Origin: Eukaryota sp. TZLM1-RC
Taxonomy: Eukaryota > Protista > Metamonada: BaSk clade
Reading direction: 5' to 3'
Assembly (NCBI GenBank): GCA_040285825.1
Contig: JAUPSS010000008.1
Span: 744,001 to 808,000, forward strand
DNA: 64,000 nucleotides
Shown here: one piece after another, positions 1 through 11,334 of the stretch
Layout of the letters: each line of letters starts with the position of its first letter
Numbering within the stretch: the first letter of the stretch is position 1
The notes under the pieces: model-generated
What the model saw: only the letters and a program-made list of their open reading frames with translations
Databases searched by the model: none
What the model was told of the DNA's origin: nothing
Program-made: the position numbers and the translations under genes

Positions 1-1260
1 CAATCCTAATTGCTGGATTTAAGAATATCTGAAAATCTTTCTCAAAAGAATGTGGAAGAAGATGTACATCAACTGGAAATATATTGTCAACCATACCTTC
101 ATCCATGACTAAATTCTCAATTTGACAAGTAAATGGTGTTACAAGACCATAAAAAATTTCTTCACGTTCATTGTTTCTAATATCATGATGCTGACACAAA
201 TTTAAAAACTCATCATCAAGAAGGTCTGAAATATTTTCAAGTACAAGACTTAAAGAACCCAAATAATCTCTATCATCAACTAAAAACATTTTTTTGTGGA
301 AGTTTAAATCTATATGAAATCTAATGAAATTATAGTAGGTAATGGTGTTGCGTACCCACCCAGTTTGTGCATTTTTGCTAACAATTCTTTCCACATCTGT
401 TCTGTCAAAATACACCATAGAGGAACGATTGACATGCTTTTCATAATTTAATTTGAAATTATTCTCAAAATTTACAAACATCACCGGGGCCATGTACTCG
501 GGAGTTCTATTGAACACACCAGTTGGAAATCGTGGAAACAGTTAAGGTCTATTTCTCAATTGATCCACATAACTTAGAGTTTGGTTCAACTTTTGTTGTT
601 CAAAAATAGTCGATAATCTATAATCTCCTTCACCATATACAAGGTCTTCCAAGTCTTGTGGATTTGCACTTCTTAATTTTGAAACTTGTTGTTCATAACA
701 ATCAGCAAAAATAAAACGAATTATGGTCATCAATGATTCGTATAATTTGGCAGAAATACGTGGAAATGACAAATTACGTTCAACGAAGACTGTAAATACA
801 GTTTCAAACAAGATTTATTCGTAATTAAAGTAATATTCGAACAACATGTATTCGTAATTGTTTAGACTTTGAAGCCGTCTCTTTCAGTTTCAGTTTAACC
901 TTTCAATGATTGACCATTGAGTTCACAGCTGCACGAATAGTTTTATAAGATGGTAAAATGAACTTATCTTTCTGAAAGAAGACAATTGGTTTGAGACTTA
1001 GGATGCAATCATGCCCAGAATGAATCAAATTCTTTCGAACTTCATTAGTTGCCCAACAGACAACAGATAAAACATTAGTAAATTGGTCATGAAGTTTAAT
1101 TTTCTTCTCATTTACCATCTTATTCGCAAGATTGCCTAAACTATGTCCATATTGGAAAAAATTGAATTTTTTGACAATGCTGACCATGTAAAATTGTAAA
1201 GAATTGATTACTTTCAAGTAGGTCTAAAAATGTTGAATCTTGCTTGGAACTCTATTGTCA
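1..1260 (-). pseudogene. Decayed long ORF of unknown function, running off the window edge
   Basis: ORF 542..811 continues in frame past a single TAA (542-544) for ~180 open codons to position 1 (LFPRFPTGVFNRTPEY...). Another in-frame TAA lies just upstream of 811, and ORF 903..1217 is on the same strand. No family motif recognised. Confidence 0.4.
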
Positions 1261-2267
1261 AAACTTTTTTGTGCTAAAGTGTTTCTGTAGAAACAATTCA
1301 GTATTTCCTGGATATAGAACTTTTACTTACAAGATGTACTACGGTAATTCTCTAATGTAGAATTCGCTAGGTCAAAATATCAAAATGTTGTCTCAAATAC
1401 AGAAACATTCTAGAACTATACATAAAATATATATAAAATGTTCGAAATCCAGGATAAAATATTCCGATCTTCAATCAAAATTTTACATTCATTGTACAAT
1501 ACACAAATTGTATCCATTGGAAGAATTTGATTGGAATTTTGCCCATTTACTCTATTTTTTAATATTTATTGTCAATACCCTATATCTTCCAGGTGAATTT
1601 GAAAACGTTTTTGAACTGATAGGTCCAAGAACTAATACGGATTTCAAATTATTTTTGACGAAATATTGCGTTCTTCGTATCTGAACAGATGTTGAAGATG
1701 ACTTTGATGCAATAACGGTGAATCTCTATGAAGGTGTTGCATCATTTAAAAAGACGTGGAAAATTCAGGTGTGTTTATGTTTAGTTTAGTTAGTGTAAAT
1801 ATTCTTTAAAAGTTGATATAGACATGACCAACAACAGTCAATTGCAGAAGACACAAAAAAATGTGAAAAGCCCAGACTGGTGGTCACACGTAATTATCAA
1901 TTCATTTCTAGTTTCCAAAGACAAGTTTAGGTTTGTGTGAAATTGCCAGACAGATTTAAAGGTCAAAATCTAAATTCAATTGTGCAATCATCGTGATCAT
2001 TTATTCTCACACAAAAAACTGGGACGAAAAGACAAATTCAAGTAATAAAGGTTTGCAATAATAACACTAATCATGACAGATTAAACCATATAACCTGCTT
2101 TTCTTTTATTCCTGAAACTCCAAGTCCTATCAGAACGAGCTCCCTACTTCAAGCTATTGATTGGCTGTTTGTGTATTGTTTCGGAAAACAGCACATGCTT
2201 TCATCAAACCACTTACTGTATCCCCACTCATCACAGCAGCCATAATATACTCATATATATCTAGAAA

Positions 2268-4346
2268 ATGAACGATTTTGAGAGTGCAGGACAGAAACAG
2301 CATTCTATTTTGCTTTCAAACAAATTCCATTTCTGGTTGACATTAAAGGTCATGATGCCTTTGAAGTCAACATCAAACCTACCCCTCTCAGATGATCTTT
2401 GCGTCGACATACCAGACTGCCAACCTAGCCAACAGTCCGTCCGTATTGTCAGTGATTTCTTTTTTTATTTGATATTCCTAACTCTTTTCTCAATAGCTTT
2501 TCATCTTCAACGTCCCACTTCTGAAGCGTTTTTCTTTGCTGAAGGACTCAAAAAAATCCTTGTTTCTGATGACATTGATTTCAATTACCATCCTTTACCC
2601 AAAACATTCCAGGACCTAGATCATACTGCTGACGTATGGAATTACATAAAAGGGGTGTTAATGAATCATTTGTTGAGGGAATATGATTACAACAGCCACC
2701 CCCTCCCTTCTGATCATGCCCTTATCTATGTTCTTCGCTACAATAGACTTTTGGGGGAGATACGCTTTCGAACCAAAAGAGTCTCTCGTGACTCTTGTTC
2801 TGTTCCCAGGGCGTTCTCTTCCATGATCGACCACTGCTTTGATGATCTCAACAATGATAATGAAGAAGTTAAACCTTACGGACCAAATAATGTCTGGCAA
2901 TGGCAAAGTTCTCGTGAATTGAAAGGTTATACTTTCTTGGGCCACCACAATAGGTATTCTGGCAGTGGCTATGTGGTTGATCTCCCTTTAAACAGGACCC
3001 TAGCTTTAGATCTGGTAGATTTTCTAAAAGAATCAGCATTTATTGACCTTCAAACTAGAGTTTTGTTTATTGATTTTACCCTTTATAATAGCGCTTTAAA
3101 TTTGTTCAACATTGTTAGATTAACAATTGAAATGCCTGCGGGAGGTGGTACCTTTACAATGTCAACATTTCGAACAATCAAGCTATTCAATTACTTAAGA
3201 GGAGAGGACTTTGTGAGACTTTTCTTTGAAATTCTTGTTGTAATATCGAATTGTGTTTCATTTATATTATTAATTAAAAAAAATTTCAAATCAAAATTAA
3301 ATCAAAGCTTTTTAAAGGATTTTTTTCAACGTCCTTTCTGGTTTTATTTAGACCTAACCATAACATTATCCATTTTCCTCATTTTGTTCCTCCGTCTCTA
3401 TTCTTTCCTTGTAATCAGAAGCACTAGGGACGAGGTCGATGGATATTCGGCTTCTTCCTCTCCTGTTTACACCTCTGTGGCCTTTGTCATGAACCAAGAA
3501 CAGAACCTTTTATCTGTAATTGCATTTTTAATGTGGTATAATGTTTTTAAATTTCTTGAACTGTCAAATAGACTTTCTTTTTTAACAAGAGTACTCAAAG
3601 CATCGGCCAAAGATATCTTTGGATTCTCAGTTATCTTCCTTATTTTAATCATTGGCTATTCTTTTTGCGGTCGACTCGCCTTTGGAATTGATGTGTTTGA
3701 ATACCGTTCCCTTCCCCATGCTTGCTTGGCGCTCTTCAGGATGATGGTGGGTGATTTCAACTATGAAGATTTATGGAATGCTAACAGAGTTATTGCTCCC
3801 ATTTTCTTAGTTTCTTTCACTTTGTTGATTTATTTCATTTTGCTCAACATGTTCTTGGCTATCATCAACGACACTTTTACGGTCATTAGGCAAAAAGAGT
3901 CCCCTACAGCGACAGATCCTCTGTTTTCTGCTGTTGACGCCATGACGAGGTCGTTTAGAAGAAGATTTAATCCTTTTGGAAGGAGTACCAAGTTGGACTT
4001 ACCAAAAGTAATTTCGTCTCCATTAAGGAGGGAGTTGGTTGATTGTCAGCAGTTGAGTCACTATTTAGCATCAAGAGGTGAATTAAAGTCTTTGGTCTTT
4101 GGTTCAACGCCTATTCCCACTATCTTGGCATATTTTGATAGTGATGGTGATGGACTGCTGACGATGGATGAATTTAATGCTATAAAGACTAGAATTGAGA
4201 ATGAGAAAGTTAAGCAAGATGAAATCAACATGTTTAAGGAATGGCAAAGGACTCAATTCCAAAAGTACAAGGTTGGGGATGGGGTTGATGCGAGACTTGA
4301 GCGTATAGAAAAAATGTTGATGAACATTAGTCAACATTTACGTTAA
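2268..4346 (+). CDS. PKD2: Polycystin-2 (PKD2/TRPP)-like cation channel with C-terminal EF-hand
   Basis: Polycystin TOP-domain motifs (NRLLGEIRFR..RV..DSC, YSGSGYVVDL, FIDLQTRVLFIDFTLYN), six TM segments, pore/S6 (LFRMMVGDFNY, ILLNMFLAIINDTF) and EF-hand DSDGDGLLTMDEF. The true start may be a downstream ATG (~2352). Confidence 0.93.
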   Translation: MNDFESAGQKQHSILLSNKFHFWLTLKVMMPLKSTSNLPLSDDLCVDIPDCQPSQQSVRIVSDFFFYLIFLTLFSIAFHLQRPTSEAFFFAEGLKKILVSDDIDFNYHPLPKTFQDLDHTADVWNYIKGVLMNHLLREYDYNSHPLPSDHALIYVLRYNRLLGEIRFRTKRVSRDSCSVPRAFSSMIDHCFDDLNNDNEEVKPYGPNNVWQWQSSRELKGYTFLGHHNRYSGSGYVVDLPLNRTLALDLVDFLKESAFIDLQTRVLFIDFTLYNSALNLFNIVRLTIEMPAGGGTFTMSTFRTIKLFNYLRGEDFVRLFFEILVVISNCVSFILLIKKNFKSKLNQSFLKDFFQRPFWFYLDLTITLSIFLILFLRLYSFLVIRSTRDEVDGYSASSSPVYTSVAFVMNQEQNLLSVIAFLMWYNVFKFLELSNRLSFLTRVLKASAKDIFGFSVIFLILIIGYSFCGRLAFGIDVFEYRSLPHACLALFRMMVGDFNYEDLWNANRVIAPIFLVSFTLLIYFILLNMFLAIINDTFTVIRQKESPTATDPLFSAVDAMTRSFRRRFNPFGRSTKLDLPKVISSPLRRELVDCQQLSHYLASRGELKSLVFGSTPIPTILAYFDSDGDGLLTMDEFNAIKTRIENEKVKQDEINMFKEWQRTQFQKYKVGDGVDARLERIEKMLMNISQHLR

Positions 4347-4434
4347 TTTTTTGTTTTTTTCAGTTTCTTTAAACTTTAAAATTGTTTCTTGTAAATATCT
4401 TTATTTGATCAATTTTGATTTCTTTGTTGTTCTT

Positions 4435-6400
4435 ATGACATTGGATTTTAGTAATGTATCCAATTCACTCAGTCGTTGCAGTATTCATGGTGCTTCGTTG
4501 CAATATCCGCCGGAATTAATGCCGTATTTTCAATCAACATATAGTACAAATTCTAATTTACATTTTGCTAATTCCATTTTGAGTTCATCAAGTGGTGTAA
4601 AGCAAGGAGATCCGTTAGGACCTCTTTTGTTTTGTTTGACCATTCATCCTATTTTACTGCAAATTCAAGAGATGTTTCCGTCGCTAAAAATGATTGCATA
4701 TATGGATGATGTTGTTCTTATAAGTGATTTAAATTTTTTGGAAAAAGCAACTGTATGTTTTAAAGAATTATTTACCAAAATTGTGCTCCGACTTAATTTA
4801 CTTAAATGTGTTTTGTTATCGAATTCTCCAGTTTCCACAATAGTTGATGGTATCGAAATTCAAGCCAAATTATACTCAATTGATGCTATTCGTCATTTGG
4901 GTTCATTTTTAGGAAATAATGATGAAATTACCAAAACAAATTGTTTGAAAAGTTGAACTCAATTTTTGATAAAATTAACCAGATGATGACTTTAGATGTA
5001 CAGAAACAAATCAAATCTACCATTATAACACTGTGTTTTGGTTCCAATTTCAATCATATATTTCGATCTACAAATCCTCTCGTCACTAGGCCTTTGGCTC
5101 AGAAATTTAATGAGTTACGTGCAAAAGTTTTGTCACAATTACTGGGATGTAAAATGTTCCAAATTCCAGACCATGCTTATCTTAGGTTACATTATGGCGG
5201 TTTAGGTTGGACGAAGACTTCTATTCCTACTTCGTGTGCTTTTATTGGTGGATGCAGAAATGCAATATTTGAGTTTTCTGAAAGATTTGCAGATTGGGAA
5301 GATTTATTAATGACAAAGCAAAGTTCCACTGTTTTTGCATTAAATGATGAAATTTCGAAAATTGATGTAAAAAAATAAAATTGATGCTTTCCCCAATCAT
5401 TCAATGGCAATATTCCAGAAAAGATTTTTTTAAATTTAAAATACACTCTTCGAGCATTACAGAAACGATTGACTGGAATGTATGAAAATGATCTTTATAA
5501 TAACATATGCAGCTCGGCTGTTATAAATCAAGATCTTCACTCATTGTTATTGGAAAAGGGTGTTTGTGAAAATAAGTCATCAGATTCTTCACTTTTTGTA
5601 ACCATTGTACCACAAAGATTTGGATTGTGTGCCACTAATGAAGCATTTGTAACAAAAATGAGATTATATTTGAATATCCCCATTAATCAATTATTATCAA
5701 AAGGAAAATGTATTTGTTCGAATTTACCTCAACTCACTTCGCTCCTTGCTCTGAATTGTTCTAAATTGATAACTAATCGTTCTTCATTACATGGTGCTGC
5801 TATAGACACTGTTTTCAATATGGCACAAACTGCAAGAATATCGTGTATCAAAGAGCCTCTGCTGAAGGAAACACTTTCACTGAATAAGTTTGGTTCTGAT
5901 GATAGAGGTGATGTATACTGTGATTGAATTGACAATTCTGATGCTATTGTTGACTTTGTCTCATGTAATGTTGCAAATGATACTTTGGTTCACAAAAGAA
6001 AACTTAATCCTGTGAGTGCTCTTGATTTCAAAGCAAAAGAAAAACATAGAAAATATGATAAATATATTGAAGAAGCTAATGCTGGTAGAAATACACAACT
6101 AGTTTTCATTGCTTTCCCGTTTTCGGTAAACGGAAGATTATCAGTAGAAGCAGAAACTTTTTGGAATGACTGCCAAAAAATGGTTCAAGAAAAAATAATG
6201 AAAAGATTTGATATTCTTTTATGGCGCTTTCGGATTCAATTTGCCATTATTAATAGGTTACCTCGGTTTTTCCATCGAATAAGAGGAGCTTTAGCTAGAA
6301 AGCAAGCAGATCAAGATTTTGTAGAGGAAATCTTGGATCAATGATATTCGTCCCATTAGTTATGAATTAATTTAATTAAGTGTGCATGTTCAATAAATGT
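4435..6400 (+). mobile_element. CRE-like non-LTR retrotransposon (RT + CCHC + restriction-like endonuclease), family A, 5'-truncated and decayed
   Basis: RT motifs GVKQGDPLGP and AYMDD, HYGGLG thumb, CICS..NC zinc motif, RLE RGDV..D..K.K.RKY. ORFs 4941-6344 share one frame broken by stops. AATAAA near 6392. Close copies at 19.8, 41.7, 51.8 and 62.4 kb. Confidence 0.88.
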
Positions 6401-6779
6401 TATTTGTTGTTCTTTCAAAAATGTGGTTCGAACCATGAAAGTAATTACCTTAGGAATTTCTGGTAGAATAACAACCATTACCACATAATATCATCTTGAC
6501 CAAGGAACATTTAATTTTTCCCATCTAGGAAGTTTGAGCATTTTAAAGCGGATTTTCATTTTTTTAGCTTTAACACAGAATATTATTTGGAAAACATTTG
6601 ACTACTTTGTATTCGTAGTAGACAATCAAAATTACTATTGAACTTTCATGCTTAACTAATAACTAATGAGAATAAATTCATTGAATAAACCCATATTTCC
6701 TCTGTCAAAAACTGATCTGGTTGTTTTCTCTCTACAGAAGTCCTGAATCGAATATATACTAGTGGTAATCTATCAATTA

Positions 6780-7990
6780 GTTGAACTGGAGAGCGCCATA
6801 AAAAGAGAGACTGACTAAATCCGAAACTAGTTACAAAATTGACTGATACAAAATCAATCTCCTCACTTGTTCTTTGATGACTTCAGTCAAATCCAAATGT
6901 TCTTGATACTGGATAATAAACACCATTTTATTGTTGACTACTGATGACTGTCTCTCTTACATGCTCAAACAACAATGGGTCTCTCCTTTGTCTAATTTGT
7001 TTATTCTTTGATGCTGGTGGTCTACCTCTGGTGCGCTTTGTTGCAACAACAGGTGGTTGTGGACCTTTCAAGCCAATATCTAGAAGTTCTTTGAGCTTTG
7101 GAAGAATCATCACCTTGCTGGTTTCTGAAAGCATATGCAGTTCATTCAACACCACATCATATTCTGACTGCTCTTGTGATTCTTCCTCAACATTCTGTTG
7201 CTCGGAATTACAAAATATCAGTGTAATTCCTCCATATGTTGCTGGGCCCACCAGAGCCGATATCCAGAATATCCTGATAGGTTAGGGAGTTTCGGATGGT
7301 TATGTGTTCCGTCACTACTTTTGACCTTCCAAATGCTGTTTTCCATTGATAAATAAACTCTGAACATACAATCTTGCTTTATTGACCTAGAATAGTCTAC
7401 AACATCATGAGTTTCTGTTGAGATTTCATCAAGGACCGAATCAACTTCACTAGAAAACTGACCTTGGGTACAATGGAGGTAAGTGAAGATATCACTGGTA
7501 GAGGCAGAGATGTAGAGGACGAAGCCTTCTCGGAAACCCCACACTTTAATAGCATTGATAAGGGAATCACGACAGGTGGAGGAGAGTAGGGGTGCAGGAG
7601 TTGTTTCTAACAGTGAGGGATGTGACGTCATGTGTTGGTATACAGAAGTGGAAACAGTGCAGCGAGATTGATTTTGTATCTAGTCAATTTTGTAACTAGT
7701 TTTGGATTTAGTCAGTCTCTAAAAAGATGTCAAATTTTTTCATTGTTTTTTTGAGCCAATTTTTGGAAATCATACAAAAAAATTTATGCTTCTACTGATA
7801 GTCTTTCGTTATATAAAGGTAAAGCAATAAAGACAGTTTTGTTTATTTGTATCAGCGATAGCTTCATCAATACATTTACCTATTGTCTAGGGTTTTTTGT
7901 TTTGAATTCAAGTAACAACAAAATCAACAACGTCTTCAGAGTTATCAATCCTAACACAAACAATATTACCTCTATTACTAGCACCAAGCT
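6780..7990 (-). mobile_element. 3' remnant of a family-A-like CRE element, split by the MULE insertion
   Basis: The flanks gagcgccataaaaaga|tgtcaaattttttcattgttttttt join to match the reverse complement of the family A 3' region (compare 62555-62600). Confidence 0.7.
6807..7719 (-). mobile_element. Non-autonomous Mutator-like (MULE) DNA transposon, internally deleted
   Basis: ~55-bp TIRs (GAGACTGACTAAATCC... from 6807; ...GGATTTAGTCAGTCTC ending 7719) and a perfect 8-bp TSD TAAAAAGA (6799-6806 / 7720-7727). ORF 7218..7631 has a FAR1/WRKY-type C...C...HNH domain. ORF 6928..7251 has the MULE C-terminal RGRP and RDP..FEHV motifs. No DDE core. Confidence 0.88.
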
Positions 7991-8229
7991 GGTGCAGAAC
8001 CAAAATTGACCATATTTGCTCAATTTCTAAGTAACTATATTATTTTGCGTAATTTTTGTACTTCCATTTTAAATCTTACCATGTTTGAGGGAAACAAAAG
8101 AAAACAATTCAGGAAATGTTGAAGGGCTTTAAGAGGGATTTAAAGCCATGGTTCTAACATTAATTGACTGAATCTCAAATTAAAGTCAACATCAAAGACC
8201 AAAAATAGACTACTGTTTTGGTCTCAAAC

Positions 8230-10910
8230 TCATAATTTACGTTCGTACACGTGTCTAAGACTAACTTCTTAAGTTTACACTTAAAAAATCAATACGATAC
8301 GGTACTGACAATTGAAATAGAAATTGGAACAAATTTGATGTTTCTGCCTCTTGCTCCATTCAGATGTTGTAGAATGGCTTCGTATTTTGATTTCTTGGAA
8401 AGCTTTGCAACTTTGAGTAAATGTCGAATGTCAGAATTGGAATTGTTTTCCACATAGATACGGCATTTTAGATGATCAAAAGTGATCATTGAAGGTCTAG
8501 CAGCTTTATTTTACGGTCTAAAGGAAATTACACGCTATACTTCAACTTCAAAAACGGGTTGTATCTCCATTAACTGCTAGATTCGGGAGACATAAAATTG
8601 TTCAGTGCCTCTTTGTATGGATGAAGTTTATCCAACTCAGTGACAGTTTCAGAAATGTCAGGAATCATATTTTGGTTATTCAATGAGGCCATAACAAAAC
8701 TCGCTTTACCATCTAGAAAAAATCTTTCGAATTTCGTGCAAATAGGTGAAATAGAAGTACTTCGTGGTTTTTGTTGTTGATATTCTGCTCCTGGGCTGTC
8801 TTTGTTAAATTTTGATATGATCAAATCAGCTGTTGGACAGTGTCCTGAAATTGCTGATGATCTTGTTCTTTTTTTTAACAATCTTCTTACGTTAAAAATT
8901 AAAGTCCCTTTTGAGATGACCAGTGCTCGCTTAATTGCCCTCAAAAAAAGACAATCCAAAATCCGTCCAATTGCAATTGGAGAATCGTTTTCAAGAATTC
9001 TTGCGTCTCTTGTTTTTAATAGAATTATGAAAAAAGCCAAAGAATTTTTCAGTCCATTTCAATTTGGAATCAAGACAATTGGTCTATGAAAACTTTGACC
9101 TGCTTTCGTCTTCAGGTGTTAAACAAGGTGATCCATTTGGTCCTTTTTTCTTTTGTCTGGCAATTCATCCATTAATGGGCGAATTGAAAGAAAAATTCCC
9201 AGAAATAGATATTGCAGCATATATGGATGACATTTCTGTAATTGCTCCTATTACAATTCTGAAACAAATAGCAACTTTTATTCAACAGCGTTATGAAGAT
9301 ATTGGTCTCTCATTGAATATCTCCAAATGTTTGATTACTGGCCATGAACCAATTGATTTTTTCATTAATGATGTCAATGTCCCCTTTATCAATTATGATC
9401 AGTCTGGTTTTCGTTTTTTGGGTTGTTATCTCGGAAATATTGATGAAGTCAAAGGCCAACTTTCGACTCCGTTGACTCAATTTGGAAATGAATTAGAATC
9501 AATAGAAACATTAAATATTGAGAAACATTTGAAATCCTTTTTCCCAAAAATCTGTTATTCTGGAAAATTTACTCATATTTTGAGAGCAACATCACCATCG
9601 ATTTCTTTGGAGTTTTGTCGAATTTTTGATGAACAAAGAACCAATTTTTTAGCAAAATTATTGGAAATTGATGCATCTCAGTTACGAAGCCACATTTTTT
9701 GTGGTACAAATTTTGGTGGTGTTGATTTTCATAAATCAAGCTACCTTTGTAAAGCTGCCTTTATTGGAGGTGGTAAAAATTTTATTTATGAATTTGTGAA
9801 TCGTTTTCCTGAAAAAATTGATGTCATTGAAAAATGTGGCAGCTCTTATCTTATTTCTTTGCAACAGGAATTGAAACTCTTTCACCCAATTTTTGGTCTA
9901 AATGTTTCCCCTCTGATATTGTGGAACTTCCATTCTTCAAGAAATCAAGAAGCTTGCTCTCCTTACCACTGACTTTTGCAAAATTGCAGAAAAAAATCTT
10001 GAAAGTTTTAGAAAACATGGATTATATTGTACGTTTTAGCTTGGCTAAAGAAAAAAATCCCGTTTTGCAGACTTTTTGATTGATCTTGAAGACAGTTGCT
10101 CAAGTTGCCTAATCTCCCAAATTCCCAACATTTATGGCCTTCTACTTAATGATCACCAATGGACCACTGCAATGAGAATGAGATGTTTTCTATGGCCTTG
10201 TTCATTACCAAATGATTCAATTTGTCGCTGCAAGAGTGTTGTTACGCTTTCCCATATTTTAAACTGTAAGTATTTTATAACTTATCGCTCAATTGTTCAT
10301 GACTCAGTTCGTGATCAATTATATGCCATGTGCAAAAGTTTCAATATAGAGGCATTTATTGAGCCATTAGTACGTAAGCTGTCTTCACATCAAACTGATG
10401 ATTCCTTTGGTAAAAGAAGGGCAGATTTAGTAGCTCCAGGGATCGATGGTGTTCTCAATGTTGTAGACGTTGTCTCAGTTTATGTTTGCAAAAATTCTGC
10501 TGCTCGTTTAGTATATTCCGCTGATTCGCTGTTATCTAACCCCAAAAAAAAGAAGATAAAAAAATATGAACCTTTGGCACAGTTAGGTAGAGTGGAACAT
10601 GTGAAATATCAGTTTGTGCCGTTTGCAATTTCTCTTTTTGGCAATATTGGACCTTCAGGGTTGCACTTTTTGGAAAATTTGAAAAAAGTGTTACTAAATA
10701 GGTCTAGTAAAACAATGAATTCCACTTTCTGGTTAAATAGAATTGTTTTTTGCATTTTCAAGTCTATTCCAACAATGATTTCAAAGGCACTTTTAGCTAT
10801 TGGTGTAGAATATGAACATAATGCTGTGAGTAGGATTAATAATAGTGAAGCTTGATTGGAGGATATTGAATTCTAGATAGATTTTTCTTATTTCAATAAA
10901 ATTTCAGTTA
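8230..10910 (+). mobile_element. CRE-like non-LTR retrotransposon, family B, decayed with an internal deletion
   Basis: ARLIALKK..IRPIAIGE, GVKQGDPFGP, AYMDD, CRC...HILNC and RRADL..VVDV..K.KKY motifs. 3' AATAAA and A-run near 10894-10917. The 5' boundary is uncertain. Confidence 0.85.
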
Positions 10911-11334
10911 AAAAAATATTCTACTGGAATATCTTTGTAAAATTTTCAAATTAATTCCAACCACAGAAAATATCGTATTTTTTAAGTAACAAACCTTTGA
11001 ATGAAAGATTGAATTGCACAGCCCAAAATAAAGCCCTTTCGAAGATGAGGGAAAGGTTTCACTTTGAGGGGACATCTTAAAGGATCTAAAAATGAATTTG
11101 AATTTCCGAAAACCGATTCATCTTGAAAGTCATTAACCAACAAATATATAGGTCTGTGAGACAAGAAAGAAAAATCTTTATCCAACCTGAATTCTTGTAG
11201 CCTCGTTCGAATACTTGCTGCATTTTGTGAAATCTTGAGTTAACTGTACAGAAATCGGATTGTAGATTTCATAACAGCAATAGTGTCTTCTTGAACTAAA
11301 ATATCGAGTTTATGGAGTTTTTGGGCAGATATAG

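Noticed and set aside
2658-4337. Antisense and alternate-frame short ORFs over PKD2, PFO, MFS and gag
   Set aside because: Shadow ORFs of real coding regions with no motifs of their own.
542-6344. Stop-codon reassignment suggested by in-frame TAA/TGA in several frames
   Set aside because: Such stops occur only in decayed repeats. Intact host genes have no internal stops, use TGG for Trp, and end in TAA, TAG or TGA.
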